Part shown: in pieces, positions 13,201 to 24,386 of the stretch
How positions within the stretch are numbered: the stretch's first letter is position 1
Layout of the letters: every line of letters begins with the position of its first letter
Source: Cyanophora paradoxa CCMP329
Taxonomy: Eukaryota > Plantae > Glaucophyta
Direction of reading: 5' to 3'
NCBI GenBank assembly: GCA_004431415.1
Contig: QPMI01000625.1
Location: 1-64,000 of the forward strand
DNA: 64,000 bases
Position numbers and translations under genes: made by a program
The notes under the pieces: generated by a model
The model's database searches: none
Told to the model about the DNA's origin: nothing
What the model saw: only the letters and a program-made list of their open reading frames with translations

Positions 13201-14287
13201 CCTCCTCCCGCTCCCTCGCCGCCCGCGCGCGCGCCTCGGCGAGCTCCGCCCGCAACGCATCGAGGCCGCGGCGTCCCGTCGACAGCGCCTCGCGGGAGGC
13301 CGCCCGCACGGCGTCCCGCTCCCCCGCCGCCCGCGCCCGTTCCTCCCTCGCCCTGCTCGCCTCCTCGCGCACCGCCGCGAGCTCCAGCCGCAGCGCCGCG
13401 GAGACCTCCTCGGCCGCCGCCCTCGCGGCCTGCTCGCGCTGCAGGAGCTCGCTCCGCTGCGCGAGCTGCGGGTGGTGCGACCTCGTCAACATTTGATTTC
13501 GATTTTTGTCACGAGGGGGCGCGCGGATGCCTCGACCGAAAGAGTACCGCGCTCCGCAAGCAGCTCGGTCACCTGCGCGGCAGCGAAGTTCAAATGAAAT
13601 CTCGAATGGCAGCCGTCGGCGTCATCACGCTCACCTGAGCTTGCAATTCCCCTCTCGCTCGATCGACGCTCGCCTTCGCAGCTGCGGCCGCGGCGAGCAT
13701 TTTTGCCAGCGCCTCCCGATCAGCCTTCGCCACACTTGCCGTCTCTTGCGCCTCCTTGCATCGAGCGATCTGGTGCTGTCGTTCAAGCTCCGCCTCCTCC
13801 GCGCCCCGCTCCGCCTGCACATGTGCGTATGTTTTTCTCGAGCGAGTGCTGCCCCGGGCAGCGCACCGCCTCCAAGCGAGCCCGTGTCTCCTTCAGCTCC
13901 TTCTCCAGAACGCCGACCACGCGCTTCTGCTCTTTCAGATCACGCGCCAGGTCGACCTTGAGCCGAAATGCTTCCGAAAGCGTATTTTTCGTATGCGTGA
14001 GGACAGTATCCGCGCCCAGCAGCTTCTTCGATAGGACTGAGAGGCGCTGCCGCACGATGTCGCTCTCGTAGTTACGCTCCTCCCCCGGATCTAGGAGCTG
14101 CGGTCAATCGACGCGGACGAGGCGGGGGGGGCGGTGAACCTTCTACTGTCGTATTAGGATCGCCACGGCTTATCCGCGTACAGGCTTCGAATTTCCATGC
14201 GCTGGCGCTTGTGTCCTCACCACCCGGTGTGCGCTCGGGGTCGGGAAGCGCTAGATCCATCTCTTCAACGCCCGCCGGCGCCTGCAT
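10284..14287 (-). CDS. Coiled-coil protein with Sfi1-like (centrin-binding-type) L/FxxW repeats
   Basis: N-terminal coiled coil, then repeated RRALRAWR / RALATWR / RGVFRIWQ / RAAFALWR / RSAFRQWR motifs spaced like Sfi1 repeats. Termini inferred. Confidence 0.55.
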
Positions 14288-14454
14288 CTCTACGCTTTGC
14301 GACGCCTGTGGCGGCGCTAGAGTAATACCGCCGAGTGTGCTGCTCGCGGCGCACGGCCTATGGACTCGCCCAGCACACTTTTTTGCCGCCAACAAAGGGT
14401 ACGCTGATCTGCCGACGCTTGTCTCCAGCAGCGCCTTTGGATCGGCGCAACGCG

Positions 14455-15641
14455 ATGGGAGGGACGTGGTCGAACTTTATGGGAGGAGTGGAAGAGTCCG
14501 TGGAGGAGATGCTGGAGTTTCGCGACGTTCTCGATGGCGCAGAGGACTGCCGCCTTGCCGATGAGGTACAGTGGAAGTGGGTGTGTCTGTACATCCGATC
14601 CCGCGCCTCACTCGCGCACCCCGCCCGCAGGAGGTCGGCCTTGCACGGCGCGCGCTCGAGGAGCGGTTACTTCCCCGCAATGACCACTGGCACAGCGAAA
14701 ATTCTGTGCTCACAAAGGACCTCCCCTCGGGATTCCGTTATCTCTACTACGTGTACACGGGTGCGCGCGTGTGGATGGCGACACGCTTGAGCGCATCCAA
14801 CTTTCGCGCGCGCGCGCTGGGGACGCTGCCGCGCAGACTGGTGCTTCCGACAGTTTGTTGGAATTACGTCCATACCCGAGCTGCCGCGCTACCTCGCCAA
14901 GAGCGAGCTCGTCCGCTGCAGCATCGACAAAGTCGAAGCGCGCTTCCACAGAGGTCGCCTCCCGCCGCCGCCCGCTTCTCGCCGGGGGACGCTCACGTCG
15001 CACAGGCTTCCTCTTGCTCGCGATGGAGCTGTACCACGAGCTGAAGGAGCTCGCCCAGGCGGAAATCCCGCTCACTCTCTCGGGGTTCGGCGGTGGCGGC
15101 GCCGTCGCCGCCATCGTCGGCGCTCTGCTCAAGGCTGACGGCTTCAACGTCTCGGAAGTCTACACCTACGGGCAGGTCCGGCCAGCGCGGCGCGCGGCCG
15201 TGGCCGCCGGCGGCTCACACGCGGGCCCGTCGCCAGCCGATGTTCACGGACGGGCGCGGGGCGGCGCTGTTCGACGCGTCGGGGATCAAGCTGTACCGGG
15301 TGAAGGCGGAGGGGGATCCGCTGCCGCAGCTGCCCCTCGAATCCGACGGCTTCGCGCACTGCGGCGCCGAGGTCGCCCTCCTCGACGGGCCCCGCTTCGC
15401 CTTCCGGCCCCAGCGCGCCGCCGCCGCCGCCGCCTCCCTGGCCCGCTCCCAGGCGCCCCCCTCCCCCGTCGCCGCGGAAGCGGTGCCCGACGGGGCGCGG
15501 CGTGCGTGGGCGGACCTGACGGGCCACAAGCAGAAGCTGGCCCTGTACCCGCTCTCCGAGTACGTCCGCCTCATCCGCGGCAAGCTCGAGAACGCTGTCC
15601 GCGCGAGCCCGCCCCCCGCCCCCCAGGCCCAGGGCGCCTAG
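14455..15641 (+). CDS. Class 3 lipase-fold protein, predicted catalytically dead
   Basis: Spliced RFHRG|FLL, LTLSGFGGGGAVA, VYTYGQ|P, RVKAEGDPLPQLP, FAHCGAEV, YPLSEY follow the Lipase_3 motif order. Begins MGG. Confidence 0.75.
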
Positions 15642-15732
15642 AGCCCGCCGCGATCTTGTTGAATTCTGGGCTCTCGCATTGCACGGCTTCAGGATAAGCA
15701 ACAGTGCTACGTTTACCTGACAGCCATTTTAG

Positions 15733-16458
15733 CTAGTAGTCGACGGAAAGAGCTGCCGCGCGGCGTCGGCCTATCGTGGAGGGGCGGACAGAGGGCAGCT
15801 CCCAAGGCGAAGGGAGCTCCCTGACTTCCTCCCGTGCGCTCGCGAGGGCAGGGGTGCGGTGGTGGGGGCTCGGTCGGGGTGATGGAATGGTGATGGAGAG
15901 GGCAGGGAAGCGCCGCGCCACGCCAGCGGCGCCTCTCAAGGCCGGCGCGGCGGCCGCCTGGCGCCCCTCGAGCGTGCACGTGCACGCAGACCGGTCGCGC
16001 TCCAGGGCAGCCTGAACGCGCAGCGTGACGTAGCGGAGCTGCATGACGCAGTCAGTGCCGCGACCTCCCGGAATCCGGGGGCCCAAGGGAGAGGCACTTG
16101 GTCTTCAGGGAGAGCTTCATGTGCGTCGGAGAGCAGTTTAGCCAGCAACGCCAGCTCCTGCGCCGCTGAATATGCTTAGCTATAGCGCGATTCGCTTGCG
16201 CTCGAATCCAGACAGGCGCGCAAAGCTGCCGCGAGACCAGCAGCGCGTGGGATTCACTCGCCTTGCGCGATTCGCTTGCGCTCGAATCCAGACAGGCGCG
16301 CAAAGCTGCCGCGAGACCAGCAGCGTGGGATTCAGAATCTGTACCAACTGCGCAGGCATGTGCTAGCGCAGCCGCGCGCGCGAGCGCCTCTCGCTGCACT
16401 TCACGGCGCGTCAGTTACCGCTGGCGGACGACGGCAACGGAAACGCACGGTGCAACAT
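15733..16458 (-). CDS. Small hypothetical protein (multi-exon)
   Basis: In-frame splicing gives MLH|LQREALARAAAL...SESRK|ELALLAKLLSDAHEALPEDQ|LRYVTLRVQAALERD. No recognisable domain. Confidence 0.35.
16185..16334. repeat. Near-perfect ~70-bp tandem duplication with an 80-bp period
   Basis: gcgcgattcgcttgcgctcgaatccagacaggcgcgcaaagctgccgcgagaccagcagcg...gggattca occurs at 16185 and 16265. Confidence 0.95.
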
Positions 16459-16621
16459 CCGCACGGCGCGAAGATAGGGACCTCCGAATGCAAGGCGTGG
16501 TGTCCGCACGACGGCCCCCCCCCCCCCCCTCCCCCTCCCCCCCACGAACCTTTCACGTACCCCTCGGGACGAGCCCGGATTGCCAAGCAGAAAGGCACCC
16601 GTCCAGCGGCTTCGGAAATCG

Positions 16622-18510
16622 ATGAGTGGAATGGAGGATGACGGAGGGGCGATGTCGGATATGAGTGCTTCGCTGGAGCCAGCGAAGGAGGGCGGCAGTG
16701 GGACACCGCAGAAGAAGGAGCGCAAACCGCGAGCCGATAAAGGTTAGCCGGTCCCCTAGAACCCATTTCCGATCAAGAAAGACCCCGGTTGCAGGGAAAA
16801 AGCGAGGTCCCTACAAGTCGCGGAAGTCGGCCGGCGAGTCTTCGAGTGGCGTCCCCACTCCGAAACCGGCCAGCAAGCCCGCGTCCGTCCTTTTCATGTC
16901 CGATCCCTTCGCCTCGCTGACGGAAATCCAGCTCGGCACCAAGGAGTCGGGCTTCGGCGACGACGAACTCGATTCAACACATACCGCCTCCTCAAATGCT
17001 CGCAACGCATGGATCCCTGATGCGCTGGGGTCCCGATATGGTCCGTGACTTCACTGGGGTGCTCGTGGAGGCTGGTACGTAGCCAATCACGTCCTTCAAG
17101 TTCGAGCCGTTTCACGAGCCTTGGGCAGGGCTCGACGCCCTTCGCTGCGGCATGCTCTTGCACCGTATTCACGAGGTTAGTTGCTTTCCGGTCTCGCCTG
17201 CCGCGCCTTCGTCTGACAGTGAACAACAGCTGTACGGGCCGGACGGGCACCCGAAAGAGTTCCGACAGCTGCGGCAGGAGGGAATCGTCTACACCCGCCT
17301 GTTGGGCAGTCTTGCGCAGCAGACTCTGGATCCGCAAGTGCTGCAGGCGCTGCCCGTGATCGAGAACCATGTAACGATGGCAGCCCGTCTCACGGGCATC
17401 GAAACAAGCTCCCCGGCTTCCCCTTCATGCTCCAGCGCGTCGCTGCGGTGCGCTCTCTGTTTCCGATTTTCTCAAAGAGAGCTCTAAGCACCACTGCAGA
17501 CGATCTTGCAGCCGGACAACCCTCCGCGAGTGAATGTGTGGCCAGCGCCGGAGGTGATCCAGCTGGCGCGGGTGAGGCAGAGCGAGGGCGTGCAGCAGGC
17601 GTGGTGGAACACGACTTGCGATGACCTCGTCCTCGAGCAGGTGCCCCGGTCCCGCCCCTGCTGCTCGCTGGCGTGCTCGCTCAGGCCTTGCAGGCATCCC
17701 ACCTGGGGATTGGGGACGGCTCGTGCCTGGTGCTGCTGGCGCGGCTTCGGCGGGTGCTGTTGGCGCCGCACGCGAACGCGGACAAGACGGGGGTCAGCGC
17801 GAAGGCGCTCCCGTGGTGCGTGCCGGTCGTGCGGGAGCTCATGGGGGCGTGCGCGGAGCTCTCCCTCGACCCCCTCCGCTCCGGCTTCCTCGTCCACCGC
17901 ATCCACGAGGCCTGTCCCGCCCGCCCGCCCCGCCGCCGCCGCGCTCACGGGCGCCGCAGTTCTTCGCGGGGGAGCAGGTCCTCCTCCCTTCCCCCGCTCC
18001 CGCGATCTGGAGCTCCAGAGCCGCCTCGGCCCTCCCCCGCCGACCGCCCAGCACGCCCACCCCGAACCTCGGACGGCGCCGCGGCTTCCTCCGGAGGGCG
18101 CCCCTCGCCCTTCCGGCGCCCTCGCAGGGCGGAGCGGCCGGTGGCCGGCAGGATGTGCCCTCCTCCTTCGTGCCCCCCGTGGGCGAGGAGGACGGCGAGT
18201 CGGCGGCCAAGCGGCACCGGACGAGCGACGGGCGCGACCACGGCGGGCGCCCCGGCGAGGGCTCCGCGCCCAACGGCCAGCGCATGATGCAGGGCCAGCG
18301 CCCCGCCGCGTCGGGCTCCGGCACCTACCCGGGGGCGCCCTACGCGTCGTCCTACAACCAGCCTTCGCCGGCGTCGGTGCGCGGGGCGGGGCGGGGGCGG
18401 CGGGCGGGGGCTGAGGGCGGCCGCAGTTCGCGCTCTTCTCGAGCTACACGTACCCGCAGTCGACGATGCACGGCGGAGACGAGGGCGAGGTCGAGTCCGT
18501 CGGCATGTGA
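16622..18510 (+). CDS. Hypothetical, probably nuclear protein
   Basis: Spliced KKERKPRADK|GKKRGPYKSRK basic motif, a folded-looking middle region (LGIGDGSCLVLLARLRRVLL...PWCVPVVRELM), stop TGA at 18508-18510. Confidence 0.6.
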
Positions 18511-18625
18511 AGCCGCCCCGCCGCCCCGCCCCGGCCCCCGGCCCCGTTTGCACAGGTCTTGTTTTGCAGTGCATGTAAGAGAACCAGAGTAGGAGCAGCC
18601 GGCGCGAAGGGGCGGGGGAGGGGCG

Positions 18626-21600
18626 TTACGGGGCGCGGGTGCCGTGGAGGCGGCGGGAGCGGGAGGCGGTGAGGGTGGACGAGAGGGAGGGCCGCCCCCG
18701 GGTGACGAAGGAGGCGCCAGGGCCGGCGTGCAGGGGTGCCCCCGCCGCGGGCGCCGGGCGCCGGCCCGCTGTTCGGGCGGAGAGGCGCTCCTCGAGGGCC
18801 CCCGGCACCGCCCGCAGCGGCGCCTCCTCCCGCATGGTACGCGCATCAGCCGCCTCCCGCGGGCTCTGCGCCGCCCCCGGCTCGGTTGCGCGGGGGAGGG
18901 CGGGGCGGGCGGGGCGCACGACGGTGGCGGAGTCGCGAAGGAGGTCGGAGAGGGCGCGCTCTATGCGCGGCCGCCGCTCGAAGTAGGCCGGGTACCGCTT
19001 CTGCAGCGGCGACGGGTCCCGCGCCGGCCGCGGCGGCGAGATCGAGGGCCGCGCGGCGCCCGCGTGTGCTGGTACAAGTCCTCGATCGACTGCAGCCGCC
19101 GCCTGCCCGCCTCGCCGCGCCACCTGCCGCCCCTCGCAGCCGTCCCTCGCGGCGCCGCACGGTCGGTGTGGCACCCGTCGGTGGCAAGGCGGGACTGGGT
19201 CGCTCCGCGTGGCGGGCGGCTGCCGGAGGCCTCGAACTCGGCGTCCGCCCGCGCGAAGGCGTCCCCCCGAAGCTGCCGGAGACACGCCGCGCCCCGTCGG
19301 GGCGCGGCGCGGGGGGCGGGCGTCGCGGAGCGCGGGAGGCAGGAGCTCCTCGCCGCGGGCCGCCTCCTCGCGCCAGGCGTCCCCCTCGAGGTCGCCCGCG
19401 CCCCGCTTCCGACCGCCCCCGCGCCGCCTCGACCCCCCGCAGCCGCGCCACCGACCCTGTGCTCAACGCCGACACCCGCCGCCGGCCCGCCCCGCTCGGC
19501 CCCGCAACGTCGGCGTCGGCGTCGGGGGCGGCGGCGGCGGCTGCAGCCTCCTGGGCCTTGGCGGCCTCGCGGACGCGGGCGACTTCGGCGTCGCGGGCGG
19601 CAACTGCGGCGCGGGCCTCGGCGTCCGACGCGAGCGCCGCCGCCTCGCCAGCCGCCGCCCGCACGGCGATGTACTGAGCAGCGCGTCAGGCGCCGCGAAG
19701 CCGTGCCCCCGCGCCCCCGCGCGCCTCGGGCTCGTTCTCAACGTCCACGACGCCCCGCGCGATGCTCGCGCTCCGCACGAGCTGCCGACGCCGCTCCGCA
19801 CCCCGCGCCCTCGCCGCCGCCGTCTCCGCCGCCGCCGCCTCGCTCGCAGCCCGCGCGGTCGCCCGTTCCGCGGCGGCGCGCGCTTCGAGGAGCTGCGGAA
19901 GACGTGAGCGCTCCCCAGGCCGCGGGCGCTGCGTGCGCTTCGCGAGTCTCGCCTCCGCCTCCGCCTCGAGGAGCCGCGCCTCCTCGGCCGCCTCGGCGCG
20001 CTCGAGGGCCTCCTCCGCCGCCGCCCGCCGCGCCGCGTACTGCGCCGGCCCGTCAGAGGCGCCCCGACGGCGGCCGCGGGCGGCGCGCCTCTGCCTCGGC
20101 GTCGACGTCGGCGCTCGAGCGGAGCATGCTCGCGGTGCGCCCGAACGGCCGCCGGGCCTCCTGCTCCGCGTCCTCGCGCGTCCGCGCCATGGAGGCGCTC
20201 CGGCGGGGGGGCGGGCCTCCTCGCGCGCGGCGCGCGCCGCCTCGTCGGCAGCGCGCGCCGCCTCGGCCGCCCGCTCCTCGGCCGCCTCGGCCGCCTCGAC
20301 CGCCGCCTCCGCCGCGGCGCGCGCCGCGATGTACTGCGGGGCGGGTGAGGGGCGCGGGGGCGGGCGCCGGCCCCGCGCGCCTCCTGCTCGCTCTCGACGT
20401 CCTGCACGCCCCGCGCAATGCTCGCGCTCCGCTCCAGCGTCCACCGCCGCTCCGCCGCCCGCGCCTCCGCCGCCGCGCTCGCCGCCGCCTCCGCCGCCTC
20501 CTCCGCCTCCTGCCGCGCCACCATGTACTGCCGGCGGCTCAGCGGGCCCGGCGGGCCTCCGAGGCGGGGCCCTCGAGGTGGGGGTGCTCGCCTCGTGCTC
20601 GGCGCTGACGTCGGCTGCGCCGCGGAGCATGCTTACGCTGCGGAGCGGAGTGCAGGCCGCCTCGGCCGTCCGCGCAGCCGCCGCCGCCTCCCGCCTTATC
20701 GCCGCCGCCCGCTCCTCGGCCGCCTCCGCCGCCTCCACCGCCGCCTCCGCTTCCGCCCGCGCCGCCGCGTACTGCGGGCGCCTCGTGGGCAGCCAAGGCG
20801 GGGCGCGGGGCGTGCGACGCGGGCGGCACCTTGTGCTCGGCTTCGACGTCGGCGGCGCCGCGAACCATGCTCGCGCTCCGCACGAACGAGGCCCTTCGCA
20901 GCGCCGCGCGCGCCTTCCCCGCCGCCTCCTCCGCCTCCCGCTCCGCCGCCTGCTCCGCCATCGCCGCCGCCGCGGCGCGAGCCGCCGCGTACTGCACAGG
21001 CGCTCAGGGCAGGGGGCGCTCGGGCGCTCGGGAGGGGGGACCTCGGCCTGTGCGTCGACCTCCTCCCGGGAGCGGACCACGCTCTCCGACCGCTCCAGCC
21101 CGCCCCGCGCCGCCGGCGCCGCCCGCTCCGCCGCCGCCCTCCGCCCATCCAGCTCCTCGGCCGCCTCCGCCCGCGCCACCGCCTCCTCCGCGGCCGCCCG
21201 GCTCGCCAGGTACTGCGCGCCCCGTCTGCGCGGCGGGGCGGGCGGGCGGCTCGGGGCGGAGACCTCGGCCTCGGCCGCCGCTGCCTCGGGCGTCCGGTGC
21301 ATGCTCGCCGAGCGCCCGAACGGCAGCCGCGCAGCCGCGCCACGCCGCGCCTCCTCGGCCGCCCGCGCGGCGGCCTCCTCGGCCGCCTCGGCGCACTCGA
21401 GGGCCTCCTCCGCCGCCGCCCGCCGCGCCGCGTACTGCGCCGGCCCCGTCAGAGGCGCCCCGACGGCGGCCGCGGGCGGCGCGCCTCTGCCTCGGCGTCG
21501 ACGTCGGCGCTCGAGCGGAGCATGCTCGCGGTGCGCCCGAACGGCCGCCGGGCCTCCTCCGCAAGGCGCAGCTCCTCCACGCGGCGGGCCGCCTCAAGCT

Positions 21601-23999
21601 CCGCCTCGAGCGCCTCTTCCTCCCGCGCCGCCGCCGCTGCCCGAGCTGCAGCGAACTGCCGGCCCCGTCGCGCCGGCACCCGCGAGCTGGCGGGCGGGGA
21701 CCCGCACCTCCGCCTCCTGCTCCGCGTCCTCGCGCGTCCGCGCCATGGAGGCGCTCCGGCGGGGGGGCGGGCCTCCTCGCGCGCGGCGCGCGCCGCCTCG
21801 TCGGCAGCGCGCGCCGCCTCGGCCGCCCGCTCCTCGGCCGCCTCGGCCGCCTCGACCGCCGCCTCCGCCGCGGCGCGCGCCGCGATGTACTGCGGGGCGG
21901 GTGAGGGGCGCGGGGGCGGGCGCCGGCCCCGCGCGCCTCCTGCTCGCTCTCGACGTCCTGCACGCCCCGCGCAATGCTCGCGCTCCGCTCCAGCGTCCAC
22001 CGCCGCTCCGCCGCCCGCGCCTCCGCCGCCGCGCTCGCCGCCGCCTCCGCCGCCTCCTCCGCCTCCTGCCGCGCCACCATGTACTGCCGGCGGCTCAGCG
22101 GGCCCGGCGGGCCTCCGAGGCGGGGCCCTCGAGGTGGGGGTGCTCGCCTCGTGCTCGGCGCTGACGTCGGCTGCGCCGCGGACCGTGCTCCCCAGGCGCG
22201 AGAAGCGGCGCCGCCCCGCCGCGTCAAGCCCCGAGCGGGACGACGGCCGCTCCTCACCCCACGCAGGCGGCTGTCCGACAGCGGCGGGGGCGGCGCCCAG
22301 CTACGGGGCGTCTCGCTCAGGGAACGGGAGCGGGCGGCAGGTGAAAAGGAGCGCTGCACCTCGCGCTCGTCGGCCGCGCGCCGCGCGCCCTGCTCCCCCT
22401 CCGCGCGCCGGAACGACTCCGAAGCGGCCGCCTGCGGAGCGTCGGCCAGCGCCGCGGGGCGGAGGTGCTTGGCGCACCGCGAGGGGCCGGCCCTCGGCGA
22501 CGGAGGCTAGGCGGGGCGGGACGGGGAGGGCGGCGCGCCGCTGGCGCCCGCCGGCGGCGGCGAGAGGGCCCCGCTCGACGCTGCCGGCTCGAACGAGCGC
22601 CGCCTCCCCTCCGCTTCGGGCGCCGCAGCCGCGAGACTTGCGCCGCCGTCAGCGGGGACGCCGCCGGCTCCTGGCGCCGGAAAGAGGCGCGGACGGTGGG
22701 GTTCGGGTCGGCGCGGAAGGAGGCCTGGAGGGGCCTCGCGGGGGAGGCGCCGGCGCGGAAGGACGCGCGCAGCGGCTCCTCCGCCGCCTCCCGCGCCCGC
22801 ATGTACTGCGCCCCGGCTCGCCCTGCGCCACCCCGCGCCGCACGCGCGCGGCCGCACCTCGCGGTGCTCCTCGTCGAGGCGGGACGCGTCGGCCGCCCCG
22901 AAGCCTCCCGCTCGGCCCCGCGCTGCAGCTGCGGGGCCCATCAGGCGCCGCCGTGGGCCGCGGGGCGGGCGCGGGCGGCGGGCCTGGAGGAGGCGGTCGC
23001 GGTGGCGGTAGAGGTGGCTCCAGGCGGCGGAGGCCCGCGAGCGCGCCTGCCAGTCGACCTCGGGCCGCTCCACCGCCCACTCCGCCGACTCCCGCTGCCG
23101 CCAGTACTCCGCCTCCGCCTCTCGCCGCCGCTCCTCCGCGCGCTGCTCCGCCCGCAGCGCCGCCGGCCCGTCCACCGCCCACCGCCGGAAGTTCTCCTTC
23201 AGCCTGCGGAGCGCTCGGCCGGCGCGCAGCGGGGGGGCGGGCGGGGCGGGCCTGAGGAGGTGGCCGCGGGCGTCGGCGAGGAACTCCTCCTCGCGGCGCC
23301 GGTGCATGTACTCGTTCAGCTCCGCCAGCCGCCCCGCGTCCGCCACCTCCCGCTCCACCGAGAGCGGCCCCGCCTCCGCCGCCCCGCCACCCCCCTCTTC
23401 CTCCGCAGCCTCCTCCTCCCCCTCATCCTCATCATCCTCATCCTCCTCCTCGCTGCCCTCCTCGTCGCTCTCCTCCTCGCTGCCCGATCCTGCACCCGCG
23501 CGTCGGCTCCCCTGCGTCAAGCGCATCGCTTCACGCGCACCGGAGCCTGAGCGCGAGCCTGACTCAGACTCAGACTCTTCGCCGCTCCCGCTCCCACTCC
23601 CGCTGCCGCTGCCGCTCCCGCTCCCGCTCCCGCTCCCGCTCCCGCTCCCGCCCCCGCTCCCGCTACCGCTCTCGTCCGCGCTGCCCTCCCCGCTGCCGTC
23701 TTCGTCGCCGGATCCTGCGTACGGTCAGATCAGCTAGCATGGGCAACGGAGCTAGCTGTGGAGCAGCGGCAACGCGCCCGCCCATGCGGAACGCCGTGGC
23801 GGGACGCGGGAGGGAGCAAAAAAGCTAGAAGATAGAATGTCTTTCCATCGCCTAGAATGTTATCCGCTGAGCGCCGGCCGGCGACGCGCACCGGAACCGC
23901 TGCGCTCGGACTCGTCGTCTTCGGAGTCTGCGCAACACCGGCGTCGATCAGCACGCTCGCGCATCGCTTGCGCGGCGCCCCACGCTCACCGGACGCCAT
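18626..23999 (-). CDS. Acidic/GS-rich N-terminus plus ~12 exon-encoded helical repeats (Y-x-A-A-R...R-S-x-S...E-x-E)
   Basis: MASDSEDDES..., (GS)n, an acidic tract, then repeated exons such as YAARRAAAEEA...PFGRSASMHRTPEAAAAEAE bounded by phase-0 introns. Termini inferred. Confidence 0.7.
19978..22182. repeat. Recent intragenic duplication: ~19978-20626 matches ~21373-22182, introns included; the first copy lacks ~160 bp
   Basis: Near-identical nucleotide sequence in exons and introns. Confidence 0.9.
23583..23670. repeat. (CCCGCT)n hexamer encoding a Gly-Ser repeat on the minus strand
   Basis: Directly visible tandem hexamer array. Confidence 0.9.
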
Positions 24000-24386
24000 C
24001 GAATTCCAAACCGGCCTTCGAATCGTGGGGTATCGCGTTCAATTCAAAGTCACAGTCTTTCCGAGGTTCGAATTCCGCCTCGCGCCCGCGTATACGTACG
24101 CGTCATTCGTTTTCTTCCCGCACGTGTATACGTACTTCGTTACAAGAACATCGCGCGCGTTGCGCCTCTTCTCCTTCGTGGATGCAGTGCCGAGCTCGAG
24201 GCTGATTTGAAGCCCATGCCGCTCACTCCCGGCGCTGCCAGTGGCTCCGGTCCCGCGGCCCCGCCGCATCGTAGTTTTGTAGGGCAAGAGGATCGCGTGC
24301 GCCAGGCCCCTTCAGAGGGCCATGTGCATGCTGCAAATTACATGTCATCTACACGAGGCCCCGGAGGCCGTAGCGGCAGCGCCGTG

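Noticed and set aside
19978-22182. Possible CRISPR-like or transposon repeat array
   Set aside because: The repeats are protein-coding exons with introns. There is no constant repeat/unique spacer structure, cas gene, transposase or TIR.
17500-23550. Very long overlapping ORFs on both strands (e.g. 20418-23255, 945 aa; 19762-22164, 800 aa)
   Set aside because: Arg/Pro/Ala/Gly-rich shadow ORFs caused by stop-codon scarcity at extreme GC. The real gene is the spliced minus-strand repeat protein.
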